From Heterodontus francisci (taxonomy: Eukaryota), in contig NC_090378.1 of NCBI RefSeq assembly GCF_036365525.1, positions 45,941,505 to 46,005,504 of the forward strand: a stretch of 64,000 nucleotides of DNA. The letters are read 5' to 3'. The notes beneath the pieces are model-generated. The model was given only the letters and a program-made list of their open reading frames with translations, had not been told where the DNA came from and searched no databases. Below are positions 13,191-26,849 of this stretch, one piece after another; position 1 is the stretch's first letter; every line of letters starts with the position of its first letter. Both the position numbers and the translations under genes were made by a program.

Positions 13191-15909
13191 GCAGATATTT
13201 TATTTTATTTAAATTGTGGTCCCATCGCCGAGCGGCGAGGGAGCTACCACGAGGCCTTGCCCCTTTCGCAGCTGGCAATATCAGGCCAGGCCCTACCGGC
13301 ATCCAGGTCCGTGGCGGGCCTCATCCAAGGCCATCTTCTGGTACCCCACGACTATGGATCCCGACATCGAGGGCTCTATAGAATCCAGCCCGATGATTTA
13401 GAGTAAAACACTCACACAAGATATAAAATGTGTTACCATTTCTATTGTAATCCAGGGGCAATGTCTTGATATTTTTGCTATCGTATCCAAATGTTTGGAA
13501 TAAAAAGCGTGTTGTTTAGATATGGTTGGGCTGTGTGGCAAGCTTTATTGGTGTTTTTATGCGTTTTTTGTGTAGCAGCAGTGGCTGGTTCATTGTGAGA
13601 GGACAAATGTGAGTTTTGCTGTAGCTGAATACTAATGCTAATAAGATGTAATGTTGGTAGCTGATAATATATACGTGTCGTTTAGAAAAAAAAACTTGCA
13701 TGATAGTGCTTGTGGTTGAACAAATTCAATTCATGTCCATGGTTTTGCCATCAATACCTTTGCAAACCCACACATTGATGATAACAGCCAGTCTAAGAAT
13801 TCAGTTGCCTTTATTGTCTTTGACTGAGATTGTCAGCCCTTAATAATTAACATATAAACTTTGACCAATATCAGTTGCGATGCAATTTGCAGTGTTAGAT
13901 AACGCCTGTAGAAAGGGAAAAGAGTTTCTCCATCTTCATATTTTCCAGACTGCCATCCAAGCAGTTTATTGACTCCATTCATTTCTGAAATTTGCTGTTT
14001 GGCACTCATCTTGATTGAAGCATCCAATTTCATGCCAATTTAGTCAGCTTGCTTTCTGACACATTTATTCAAGTTACTTCTCTGTCCTGCCTGATGACGT
14101 TCATGATGAATTAATAAGCTAGTCAGATATCAATGCTTTGATTATCCCATTTGTTTTCTTTAGAATTTTGTTCGATTATTATGAAATCTCTTATACAAAT
14201 TCTCACAAGTACAAATCCAGGTGAAAATGCAGATGGGTGCAAAAATGGCACTGAATTCACCAGCTCAAAAGTGATCACATTCATGCCTGACTGAGGATCT
14301 TAAATCTAAATTGCAGGATCCCACATGCTTTGTTTCATTATTCGAGTGAATGATACTCAACTGGACTATGTAAAAAAAAATCATGTTGTACTCTTTTGTG
14401 ATCTCCATTTAAAATGGAATCATTTTCTTAGTTTTGGCACTCCTTCACTATGCCACTTGGTGGATAGAATGGCATGTAAGCTTCTCAAAGTCCACATGGT
14501 GGCCCTGAGTAAAAAGTTGTTACGTTCCTTCTGCTCAGTACCTCCTCCATTTATGTAGCCAAGACCAAAAATGTGGAATATTAGAAATCACAAGCATAAA
14601 TTGCATCTAAGCACTCTGTGCACACAGCAAACATTCTGCATATATTCTTGATTTGTACATTTTGGAAGCCCAGAACATCACAGGTTATCCACAATTAAAG
14701 TTATTCTATTACATTTAAGCAGTCTTTCTCTGTTTCAACTATTCATTCAATTTTCTCTTAAAAGATGTAAGTTGCCCCGCCTCAACCTCTAACAAAACAT
14801 TCCATGCTGCAACAACATTCTGTATGAAAAAAGTTCTCCTAACCCTCTCCTCACTCTCAAGTTATAATCTTATATTGATAAACCCCACCATTGACTACGC
14901 AGAGGGAATAATCTCTCTCTATTGACTCTATTAAAACCCTTCATAATTTTAAAAGTCTTTATTTTTAGACTAATCATGGTAACATTTTTTATTGCTTAGT
15001 TAACTCAGAGCAAAAGTTATATATTTGCTCATTCAGTAACTACATTTTATGCAGCAGGGTGACTGGGAAGTATTCAGTTATGATAATTTATAGTATACAT
15101 TATTCACACTGAAAAATGTGCATGTAACTCAGGTGTATATTATATATCATATGTGTAAACAGCCATGTGCCATTTTAAGTTGTACAATAGTCATCAATAC
15201 CCAGCATTATAAATTAATAATTTGATCGCAATTGAATAAAGTTTAATATATGTGACAAAATAGAGACCTAAGGGTATTTTATGTTACTCAATTTTGAAAT
15301 AGCTCAAATTGAAATGGAAATGATCTCTTTTCTCATGACAAACTGAGATAAGTATAGATGAGGTTGATTTATCTGAAAATTAAGATATAGGGGCTTTTTT
15401 CCAGGTACTAACTGATTTTGCACATAGACAAGCATCAGTAGGTAATTATGATCTCTGAGATCTGCTCCATCAGTATTCTTATGCAGTAGTTTTTACTATT
15501 GTGTCTAATTGTGGATGATTGACAATTCTGACCTCCGAATCCTTTGGAGTTTATCAATACTGGAGACATTTTCCATCATCTTTAGTTTATCCAAGCGATC
15601 TGAACTCTGTGCGACCCATTTGTCCTCTAAGTAACAGATTTTAAAAAAAACTATGAAGGAGCTAAGAAATTTATAAGAATGTAGGATTTTATTATAAAGT
15701 CAATGAGTGTTGTGCAAAATAAGTAATAGTTCCCTCAGATAACCCATTTATAACGTCATAAACATTTAAAATATTAAAGACAATTTCCAAAATTCTTAGC
15801 TTCACATTTCTCAAAGTCCTCCAGCTATTTTTCCCTGACAAGCTTACTCCTTTTTCAAGTGTCATGACTTTTTATACTCAACCATTTTGTTTTGGAACAC
15901 CAATGGACA

Positions 15910-16670
15910 TGAAGAAGGCTAATGGAATGTTAGCCGTTATCGCAAGATGATTTGAGTACAGGAGTAGTGAAGTCTTGCTTCAGTTGTATAGAACCTTGGT
16001 TAGACTGCACCTGGAAGTACTGTGTGCAGTTTTGGTCCCCTTACCTTAGGAAGGGTATTATTGCCATAGAGGGAGTTCAACCAAGGTTCACCAGACTTGT
16101 TCCAGGGATGGTGGGACTGTCCTATAAGAGAGATTGGGGAAACTGGGCCTGTACTCCCTAGAGTTTCGAAGAATGAGAGGTGATCTCATTGAAACCTACA
16201 AAATACTTAAAGGGATAGACAGGGTAGCTGCAGCTAAGATGAAGGGAGTCTACAACTAGGGGACACAATTTCAAAATAAGGGGGAAGTCACTTAGGACAG
16301 CATTGAGGAGAAATTTCTTTACTCGGGGTGGAGAATTTTTGGAATTCTCTACCCCAGAGGGCTGTGAAAGCTCAGTCATTGAGTATGTTTAAAGTAGAGA
16401 TTGGCAGATTTCTAAATACCAATGACATAAAGGGAAATGGGGATAGTGTGGGAAAAAGGCATTGAAGTGGATGAAGTGAAGTGAATGGCGGAGCAGACTC
16501 GATGGGCTGAATGGCCTACTCCTGCTCCTATGTTCCTAAGGAAATCGGGGCTATGGGGATAGGACAGGAAAGTGAAGCTGAGGTGAAGATCAGGCATGTT
16601 CTTATTGAATGGAGGAGCAGGCTCAAGGAGCCGTGTGGCCTAATTCTGCTCCTATTTCTTGTACTCTTAT
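15910..16670 (+). mobile_element. CR1 3' fragment(s)
   Basis: KYCVQFWSPYLRK..FTRLVPGM peptide and CR1 tail ggcctactcctgctcctatgttcc. Confidence 0.88.
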
Positions 16671-17308
16671 GAACTGACGGTTGCATTTCTCATGGACCAT
16701 CATTGCATCTGAAAAGTTGACAGAGCCATTGCTTTTGCAACTTCAGTGAAGTCTTACTTTCCACTTTTTAAAATACTATTATGCTTTTAAGATGGCTTTG
16801 TTTTAGAACCAGACCTCACTTCTGAAAGTAAGAAAAATTGTGTTTTTCTTTAAAAAAAAACGTATCCATTTGAACTAGTATTGTTTATGTCCCATGTGTG
16901 TTCTTGGGACTGTGGGGACAGCTTTCATGTGTCATATATGTTTCATATATAAACAAGAGTTGAAACAAAAGAGATAAATATGTTATTGCAGTTGGTAACA
17001 AACAATGAAGATCTGATAACTTTGACCTTGATTTACAGTGTCCAGTTATTCAGTTAGCCTGTTTTGTAACAGGTTCTCACTGCTGAACATTACCTGACCT
17101 CACTATAGTCCAGTGAGTCTGGTATTATAGCATTTTCAGGCAGAGTATCATGATGTGGCACCCTAAGTCTGACTCAGATGTCCTGCTGATATCCCCTGCA
17201 CAGTAAGATCGTGCGTGGCTGAGTGGTTTGGGGCAGCACCAAGTAGAGGCAAGGGGGTGGGCTGCAAGAGTGATTAAATCTGAATATAGTGATCCACCTG
17301 CACTGCTA

Positions 17309-17324
17309 CAGCACCACCTAGTGA
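17309..17324 (-). promoter_or_regulatory. CTCF-like motif (imperfect)
   Basis: Reverse complement TCACTAGGTGGTGCTG versus consensus CCASYAGRKGGCRS. Confidence 0.35.
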
Positions 17325-17916
17325 CTCAATCTGAAACTGTACCATGTGTTTGGTCGACAGATTGACCAATCGTTACATCCAGGGAAGATTTTCAGCATTG
17401 TTAAGACAAAGTGATTCCTGACAACGTAGTCGGCCAATGATGTCATCAGGCTGCACCGAGGTGCGCACATGTGCAGACGGGCTCCTGCTCTCTGCACGTG
17501 CGCTGCGTTCTGACTTGCCAGGACTGGTTAGCGCATGTGCTGATGATGTCATCGAAATGCAACGCCAACAGAAATTCACGCATGTGTCAAGCACCGCTCC
17601 TCCTCCGCTGCCCTCTCCGGCCACTCCGCTACCCCACACCCCCCCCCATTCCCTCGATGCTCTCTCCGGCCGCTCCGCTCCCCCCCCACCCTCGCTGCTC
17701 TCTCCGGCCTGCTTGCCTCCCCCCCACCCGGCCCACTCGCCTCCCCCCCACCCGGCCCACTCGCTCTCCCTCCCACCATTGTGTGCTGCCATGTGTTTAG
17801 GTTAGGTTGCCTTCGTGTGATTATTTGAGCAGCGCCATCTTTAGTCCTGGCGGCTGCCTGCAGTCGCAGACTGAGACGTTTTAGTGGCACATACTGCATT
17901 TGAGCATGTGCCACTG

Positions 17917-17932
17917 CAGCGCCACCTAGTGG
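17917..17932 (-). promoter_or_regulatory. CTCF consensus motif
   Basis: Reverse complement CCACTAGGTGGCGCTG is a full match to the CTCF core. Confidence 0.55.
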
Positions 17933-19262
17933 TAGTGCTGTCAGCAAACTCAGCCTTATTAAGAACAGGGGGGGAAAAAAGGCCTGTCTGACTCAACTGT
18001 GCCAGACAAATGATGTGATGTGGAGATGTGTAATATAATTTATGTCAAAGAGTCATTATGGCACAGAAGGAGGACATTCGGCAGATCGAGTCCATGCCGG
18101 CTCTCTGTAGAGCAATCCAGTCAGTCCCATTCCCCCACTATAGAGTATAATTTATGTATATAGATATAAGTTACAAGCAAATGATCAGGTCAGCTCACTC
18201 ATGGAATATAAAGTATTCTTCATAGCTCCTCCTCATGTACCCTATATGTTTCAACAAAAGGGATTAACCAGAAATTTGTAAATGGCAAAACTCTAAGTGA
18301 GTTATGATCCTGCTTATTGAATAAATCATGAATTTATTTTGCCTCACTGCAGATCAGTATATATTTGAATTATGCTACATATTTCTAAACATGTGTGTGC
18401 TTTTTCCTTGCCAATTTTCTGTCCACCTTCCTCCCTTGAAGGCATTGATTCCCTGCTGGGTTATGATTCTTAACCTCTGTTTTTTTTCCAAAATGATCGT
18501 TGTTCAAGTATGAATGTTGCAGTAATGGCAACCCTACCATCTCTTAAATCAAAAGACAAACTCTTAACATTCAAGGGATTTGGTATAAGTTTCTATTTTT
18601 CAAACATAAACCAATATCGATTGACTGTTGGTTTATAAACCTCATTAGTGGCTTATTTAATCTTAGAGCGCTTTACAAAAAACTGTATTACTGTATCTGA
18701 AAATGCTTTGTCAAAAGACTTTAAAAATCCTAACTGCTATATCCACACGTATTAAAGAAGGATCTGCCCTCTCTCCACAGTCACTATTGGCTGAACAGTT
18801 GCCTCCTTAAAGGATAAAACCTAACCCACGTGTTCCAGCTTAATGTATTAAAAATATATTTATCTACAATGGAGTATTATCACCTTTAGATTTGAGTTAT
18901 TAAAAATATGGTAGTGGCAGTTAAATTAATACAAATGTATGAATAATAACTGACAGGCAACGGCACTCTGGTCCCACGCAATTTATATATATATGCCCCT
19001 CACGTATCATGTAAAGATTTCAATTATTGGTTTCAATGATCAGTTTTAATCACTATTTTCATTTGCAATATCTTGAAATAAATTAATATAACAAATAGAC
19101 ATGGTCATGTAGAATAACACTTAGTGAACAGTACACTTGTGCTACTGTTTTACTACCAATAGGCAACAACTTGCAGAGACTTGCCTCAAAAGTGCTTTAC
19201 ACTGAAGAATGCAAAACAATGGAGGGGAAATTTTAAAATAAAGAGTAGGCTGGGAAGTGAAA

Positions 19263-19597
19263 GGCACAGTGGCGTAGTGGTTAGCACCGCAGCCTCACAG
19301 CTCTAGAGTTCAGTTCTGGGTACTGCCTGTGCGGAGTTTGCAAGTTCTCCCTGTGACCGTGTGGGTTTCTGCTGGGTACTCCGGTTTCCTCCCACAGCCA
19401 AAGACTTGCAGGTTGATAGGTAAATTGGCTATTGTAAATTGCCCCAAGTGTAGATAGATGGTAGGAGAATTGAGGGAAGGTGGGTATGTCGTAGGGGATA
19501 TGGGATTAAATGTAGGATTAGTATAAATGGGTGGTTGTTGGTCGGCACAGACTCGGTGGGCCGAAGGGCCTGTTTCAGTGCTGTATCTCTCTATGAC
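19263..19597 (+). mobile_element. HE1-like V-SINE, near full length
   Basis: tRNA-like A box TGGCGTAGTGG, V-domain-like gtgggtttctgctgggtactccggtttcctcccaca, and CR1-derived 3' tail. Confidence 0.85.
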
Positions 19598-20243
19598 AAT
19601 AGAAGAGAAGTGTTTTAGGGAGCTTTTTTGAATCAGAAAGGGTGGAGAAAACTAAATAGAGAGGACAGGACTGTAGTGCCTGCATGATGGGCCATCAATG
19701 GTGAAGAAGCTTGGTGTTAGAGGAGTGGAAGGGGCGTGAAGGAACTGTAGTACCCGAGCCGAAAAAGATTGAGAAAGAGATCAACAGAGAGTCAGCAACC
19801 CAATCTGGACCTGGCTCCCTAAGAAAAAGTCAGTAGCAGAAAAATTGTCAGATTTCATAGCCTCTTGCGAGACTGCAAGTGAGAATGGATTTGGCTGAGA
19901 AATCGCATCTCGAGTGACCAAATTGCTGGAGTTGGCATGTCTGGTGTCAGCAACTATTCAGTTGTCACCTGATATCCACACACGAGCACTTCCAATAGGG
20001 CCCTTGTAGGATTTTTCTCTTCCTAACCCAACGGGCAAGAAGGTTTGTTTTAGGTCCTTTCTGCTGATTTAGCCGAGGCTAGCTAAATCTGCCTCAGCTG
20101 AGAATCGGGCCTGGAACCTCTGTAATGTGGTTCAGCTAATCAGTGGATAACTTCACTTGGGAATCCATAAATATTAATGTTAAAATGCACTTCCTAAAAC
20201 TGGGTCAAGTTTCACAGTTTTTGTATTCTCAATTTGCCAACAG

Positions 20244-20319
20244 GTAGCAGTCCTCTTGACAGTCCAAGGAATTTTTCTCCTAATGCAGCAGCTCACTTTT
20301 CATTCATACCAGCGCGAAG
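20244..20319 (+). CDS. MAST2: MAST2 internal coding exon (76 nt, phase 1 to 2): (G)[24 protein letters not shown](R)
   Basis: cag|GT..AG|gtaaga splice sites. The peptide matches the MAST-family N-terminal [11 protein letters not shown] motif, and FSFIPARR is closest to MAST2 (FSFVPARR). Confidence 0.9.
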
Positions 20320-20380
20320 GTAAGATTAATTATTTCAGTGTTCTTTTTTTTTTAAAAAGCATGCAAGGTGGTTTGGGTTT

Positions 20381-20406
20381 TGCATGGAATATGCTCAGGC
20401 TGCATG
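20381..20406 (+). promoter_or_regulatory. Two RBFOX TGCATG motifs in the intron downstream of the exon
   Basis: TGCATG at 20381 and 20401, plus GCATG at 20359. Confidence 0.45.
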
Positions 20407-20629
20407 TGGAATTAGCGAGAAATTTGATCTATAAAGAGATGTTATCTTAGTTTTCATGTGTCTGTCACAAAGCAGTTCAAAATCAGCTATGAGCAGCTGA
20501 CGTGTTTCACATGTTTGCAAAATGGTGCAAATTATATTCTAAAGAAAGAAGAACTGAAATTACGTTCAACATCTTAAAACGTAGTGTAACCTTATCATCT
20601 TTGTTAGATGGCATTGATGTTAAAATAAT

Positions 20630-20780
20630 CAAGACAGAAAATACTGGAAATACTCAGCAAGTCTGCTAACATCAGTGGAGAGAGAAACAGTTAACCTTTC
20701 AACTCAGTGACCTTTCATTAGAACTGATGATGCTACCAGACCTACTGAGTACTTCCAGAATTTTCTGTTTTTATTTCCGT
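20630..20780. mobile_element. Diverged palindromic Penelope-derived short element, same family as 57007-57187
   Basis: cagaaaatactggaaatactcagc...cagttaacctttc...ctgagtacttccagaattttctg with inverted arms. Confidence 0.6.
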
Positions 20781-22423
20781 CCCTCTGAGGCTGGAAGTTC
20801 CATCTCCAAGAGCTGCCGGCCAATCAGAGGGCTGGCAGCACTTCAGTCCCAGCAGCGCCACTGGGAGCAGTGGCCACTGCTGGGACTGTACCCAACCAAG
20901 ACCAGCAAGATGGAGCAGGCCCTGGAATGGAGGTATCTGTGTGGTGTCTCGCTGGGGACAATCGGCTGGGCCCCGAGTAAAATGGCAGTGGGGGCAGGTA
21001 GGTGACGAGAACGGTGCCCCCTGCCTCCCACTCGATTTTAACCTTCCCCACCTCCCTGGAGGTGTAACATTCTGGCTCTTAAGTCTTCCTTTCTTTCTAT
21101 AATCATCTCTCTTACTATTTAAAGCTTTGATGGTTTGCTGTGCCATGGGTCTCAACCTGTCATCTAAATTTCTCAATTTTGAGAAGCTTGAGAATGATTT
21201 AGGCATAATCATATGGGCCTGTGCTGCTGCTGATTGCCGCCTTTACCGAAAATGTAGAAAACATCAAGTACACTGTTAAATGCCACTAACTAAAGCACAC
21301 TAGATTGTTGATTGTATCTATGGACATAAATTCAGCTCCTTTCTGGTTTAGAGTCCATAACTCTTCCCAGCCAGTTCTCCTGACAATATCATAGACATTT
21401 AAGCTTATATTTTCCAGTGTCAGCTCAGTTTAGACTGTGGACTGGTTCTTAGTGGGTCTTGACAGACTCAAATGGCAGTGTGCTATTTACAGTCTATTTT
21501 CCAAGCTTAGCTCCTTTTCCGTAGCTTCAGGTGCTGGTTTGGATAGATGCAGGGAACATACTAATGGTGAGTGGAAAATTACATGCAAGTGAAATTAAAA
21601 GGGTCTGTCAGTACAGCAGACTTTATCAAGACTGAAGAAGGAGGGGACAAAGAATTGATGAGCAAAAATGAAGTATGGTAGCTGCAGGTGTTCTTTCAAT
21701 ATATGGCATTGCTCTAGGAACATTAGGAACAGGAGTAGTTTATTCAGCCCCTTGGGCTTCCTCCGCCAGCAATTGCATCGTGGCTGTTTGGACTCCTTTT
21801 TTCCGCCTTTGCTCCATATCCATTGGTAACCCTAGTGAATAAAAGTCTATCTATTTCAGTCTTGAAAGCTCCAGTTGTCCTAACATTCACAGCCTTTGGG
21901 AGAGAGTGTTTCTTGGTTCCTCCACTTTTCATGATCCATTCTTTCTATTTGTTTTCAATCTCTTCTGCTTGTCTCTGCATCTGTGGACAGGGAGAAACAC
22001 TAACATTGGGACTTGGGTTTGCAGGTGGGTTAGAGACAGGAGCAATAGTGGCCACTTGATTCGGACACATTACCATATTCTTTGAGGCAGATTAGTTTGT
22101 GAGTCTTCTGATTGCTGACGTTCTATAAGGGGTTCTGACATTGTCAAAATCTTTTTTAGAGGGTCATTTTGGCTTACTGGATATTGGTCCAGGTAAGCTG
22201 TGATAGCAAACTTGATCTCAGCACAGAACGCTGCCTGAGTGAGAGCGCGATGAATGGAAAACACCTACCTCAGAAAATCTGCCAACAGAAACAGCTGATC
22301 CTTCTGATAGGCAACAGGAATAAGAATCAGACAGATAGTGCTGCTAGCTTTCCCACTAGGTGAACAGTGGGTTAGCTTCCACCTTCTGCTCCTACAAGCA
22401 CTCCTCTCCCTTCTAGTCAGGAC

Positions 22424-22596
22424 CAATGTTCCCTCTAATTTTTTGGAATGTGTGGGCGATTTATTTAAGTGCATGGCCCCTTTAATTTTTTTTGAGCGGT
22501 TGCGCATGCACAGTAACTTAAAGGGGCTAACTTGTGTGTGGCCTGTGTGCGGACTTTCAGGTTGTTACGCAGCCACACAGCTTACAGGGAATGTTA
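22424..22596. mobile_element. hAT-type MITE
   Basis: TIR-like ends CAATGTTCCCTCTAA and TTACAGGGAATGTTA; related inverted copy at 29331-29461. Confidence 0.6.
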
Positions 22597-22914
22597 GTCG
22601 CACCTGTGATTACAGATTTTTAAGGCAGGACCCAACTGGAGGAGGGAATAGCAGTGCTGTTGGAAGCAGGATGTGTGTGTCAGCCAACTGTGCCCCCGTG
22701 GTGAAAGCTAGCAGGGACGTCTGTTGTTTTTATTCCCCACTAGAATATCAGCTGCTTCTGTCCGCAGGTTTGTTTAATCGGCAGCTGCTCAACAGGCATT
22801 TGAAGGTGGGGCAGAGGTTTGGAAACTGTCTACATCAGACAGCGTCTAGATAACAGAAGAAAAATTCATGTTAATCACATTTCTTTTGTAAAGATCAAAT
22901 AGTTGCATTAAAGA

Positions 22915-25900
22915 GTACTAATGAGAAACGCTAAGGGGCAAAAAACGTTAGTAGGGGTTGTATATAGACCCCAAAACTGTAGTGGTGATGTTGGGAATGG
23001 CATTAAACAGGAAATTAGAGACGCATGCGATAAAGGAACATCTGTAATTATGGGTGACTTTCATCTGCATATAGATTGGGCAAATCAAATTAGTCACAAT
23101 ACCGTAGAGGAGGAATTCTTGGAGTGTATACGAGATGGTTTTCTGGACCAATATGTTGAGGAACCAAATAGAGAACAGGCCAATCCAGACTGGGTATTGT
23201 GTAATGAGAGAGGAATAATTGACAATCTAGTGGTGCGAGACCCCTTGGGGATGCGCGACCATAATATGATAGAATTCTTCATCAAGATGGAGAGTGATGT
23301 AGTTGATTCTGAGACTAGGGTCCTGAATCTTAGTAAAGGAAACTACGAAGGTATGAGGTGCGAGTTGGCTGTGATGGATTGGGAAATGTTACTTAAAGGG
23401 ATGACGGTGGATAGGCAATGGCAAACATTTAAAGAGTGCATGGATGAACTGCAATAATTATTTATCCCTGTCTGGCTCAAAAGTAAAACGGGAAAGGTAG
23501 CCAAACCATGGCTTACAAGGGAAATTAGAGATAGCATTAGATCCCAGGAAGAGGCATATAAATTTGCCAGAAAAAACAACAGACCTGAGGATTGGGAGCA
23601 GTTTAGCATTCAGCAAAGGAGGACCAAGGGATTGATTAAGAAGGGGAAAATAGAGTACGAGAGCAAGCTTGCAGGGAACATAAAAACTGACTGTAAAAGT
23701 TTCTATAGGTATGTGAAGAGAAAAAGATTGGTGAAGACAAATGTAGGTCCCTTACAGTCAGAAACGGGAATTTATTATGGTGAACAAAGAAATCGCTGAC
23801 CAACTAAATGCATACTTTGGTTCTGTCTTCCCAAAGGAGGACACAACTATCATACCAGAAATGTTGGTGAACACAGGGCTTAGTGAGAGAGAGGAACTGA
23901 AGGAAATCAGTATTAGTAGAGAAATGGTGTTGGGGAAATTGATGGGATTGAAAGCCGATAAATCCCCAGGGCCTGATGGTATGCATCCCAGAGTACTTAA
24001 GGAAGTGGCCCTAGAAATAGTGGATGCATTGGTGCTCATCTTCCAAGACTATTTAAGAAAGGTTGTAGAGCTAAGCCAGGGAACTACAGACCAGTGAGTC
24101 TCACGTCAGTGGTAGGGAAACTATTGGAGAAAATTCTGAAGGAGAGAATCTATCTCCACTTGGAGAGGCAAAATTTGATTAGGAATAGTCAGCATGGCTT
24201 TGTCAGAGGGAGGTCATGCCTAACAAATTTGACTGAATTTTTTAAGCATGTGACCAGGTGTGTAGATGAGGGTAGTGCAGTTGATGTAGTTTACATGGAT
24301 TTCAGCAAAGCCTTTGACAAGGTCCCACATGGAAGACTTATCAAGAAAGCAAATGCACATGGGATACAAGGTAACTTGATGATAAGGTGGATTCAAAATT
24401 GGCTTAGCTGTAGGAGACAGAGAGTGATGACAGACGGCTGTTTTAGTGACTGGAAGCCAGTGTTCAGTGGCGTACCACAGGGATCTGTGCTGGGTCCCCT
24501 ATTGTTTGTCATTTATATAAACAACATAGATGACTATGTGGGGGGTAGGATCAGTAAGTTCGCGGATGACACAAAGATTGGCCGAGTGGTTAACAGTGAG
24601 GTGGAGTGTCTTCGGTTACAGGAAGATATAGACGGGGTGGTCAAATGGGCAGAAAAGTGGCAGATGGAATTTAACGCTGAAAAGTGTGAGGTGATACACT
24701 TTGGAAGGAGTAATGTGACATGGAAGTATTCAATGATTGGCCTGACACTGGGAAGTTCTGAGGAACAAAGGGACCTTGGCATGTTTGTCCATAGATCTCT
24801 GAAGGCAGGAGGGCAGGTTAATAGGGTGGTGAAAAAGGCATACGGGACACTTGCCTTTTTCAATCGAGGCATAGATTACAAAACAGGGAGGTCATATTGG
24901 AGTTGTACAGAACTTTGGTAAGGCCACAGCTGGAGTACTGTGTGCAATTCTGGTCGCCACATTATAGGAAGGATGTGATTGCATTGGAGGGGGTGCAGAG
25001 GCGATTCACCAGGATGTTGCCTGGGATGGAACATTTAAGCTATGAAGAGAGGTTGGATAGTCTTGGGTTGTTTTCGCTGGAGCAGAGAAGACTGAGGGGT
25101 GACCTGATCGAGGTGTACAAGATTATGAGGGGCATGGACAGGGTGGATAGGGAGCAGCTGTTCCCCTTAGTTGAAGGGTCAGTTATGAGGGGTCACAAGT
25201 TTAAGGTGAGGGATGGGATGTTTAAGGGGGTCTTGAGGAAGAACTTTTTTACCCAGAGGGTATTCACAATATAAATGATTTAGAGGGAACTAAATGTAAT
25301 ATCTCCAAATTTGCAGATGACACAAAACTGGGTGGGAAGGGTGAGTTGTGAGGAGGATGCAGAGAGGCTTCAGGGTGATTTGGACAAGTTGAGTGAGTGG
25401 GCAAATGCATGGCAGATGCAGTATAATGTGGATAAATGTGAGGTTATCCACTTCGGTAGCAAAAACAAGAAGGCAGATTATTATCTGAACGGCTATAAAC
25501 TGAGAGAGGGGAATATGCAGCGAAACCTGGGTGGTCTTGTACACCAGTCGCATGCAGATGCAACAGGCGGTAAAAAAGGCAAATGGTATGTTGGCCTTCA
25601 TAGCGAGAAGATTCGATTACAGGAGCAGGGATGTCTTGTTGCAATTATACAGGGCCTTGGTGAGGCCACACCTGGAATATTGTGTGCAGTTTTGTTATCC
25701 TTATCTGAGGAAGGATGTTCTTGCTATAGAGGGAGTGCAGCAAAGGTTTACCAGACTGATTCCTGGGATGGCTGGACTGACGTACGAGGAGAGATCAAGT
25801 CGGTTAGGATTATATTTGCTGGAGTTCAGAAGAGTGAGAGGGGATCTCATAGAAACCTATAAAATTCTAACAGGACTTGATAGGGTAGATGCAGGAAGGA

Positions 25901-26122
25901 TGTTCCCGATGGTGGTGGTGTCCAGAACCAGGGGTCATAGTCTAAGGATACGGGGTAAACCTTTCCGGACTGAGATGAGGAGAAATTTTTCATCCAGAGT
26001 GTGGTGAGCCTGTGGAATTCGCTACCACAGAAAGCAGTTGAGGCCAAAACATTGCATGTCTTCAAGAAGGAGCTAGATATAGCTCTTGGGTCTAAAGGGA
26101 TGAAAGGGTATGGGGCGAAAGC
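22915..26122 (+). mobile_element. Mosaic of CR1 ORF2 pieces from two subfamilies
   Basis: APE motifs VYRP and MGDFH (22921-23457), KSPGPDG (23777), RT motifs QHGF/DFSKAFD/GVPQGSVLGP/FADD (24094-24921), and two separate C-termini (24897-25274, 25531-26007). Confidence 0.92.
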
Positions 26123-26849
26123 ACTCATTATACATTCAGGGAGACCGCAGGGGACCGTCTCCTGCAACTGCCCTGTCTGTCTGACCTCCTGCGGTCTTTC
26201 TTTCACTACTGAGGGGGGGGGGGCTACCACCTCCACCCCCACCAGATCATTACCTCGGAGCAGGTCAACCCTGTCCACAGGCAAACTAGGGACAATCCCT
26301 ATGGTCACCAGTCCCGAAACTAGGTCGCACTGCAGGTGCACCCTGTGTACAGGTACAGACTTACACTGCCCTCAAGTACCATTCACCACGATTCTGGTGT
26401 TCACTGCACTCTCTGGGGGAAAGGTCAGGCCTTTTCCCAGTAAAAGGGCTCTAGTGGCCCCTGTGTCCCTGAGAATTACTATGGGCTTGCTTGCCCCACT
26501 CGAGGGGTATGGGATTACTTTCCCTTCAAACACAAAACACTGATAGCCATCAGGAATCCTGTTAACTTTTCCTGCACTTGCAGTAGTCAACTTCTGGGTT
26601 GCATTCTTACGGCAGTTAAAGCTGCAGCTTGCTCTGTTGTGCTGTCCTCCAGGATTCCTCCTTCACTGAGCAGATGTGCCCTGATTAACCCTACAGGTTT
26701 TCCCTTTAGTTTCCAGCAGTCAGCTTTTATATGACCTGCCTTGTTACAATGGAAGCACACAGGTCTCCGGGTCTTACGCCTGCTCACAGCACCTTCATTT
26801 TTGGCTAGAAGAGGGCCCCCCTGTCTCCTGTTTTTCCTTCTCTCCCAGG

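Noticed and set aside
17373-17947. Overlapping Pro/Gly-rich ORFs as a host gene
   Set aside because: These arise from GC-rich low complexity; no recognisable domain or convincing splice sites.
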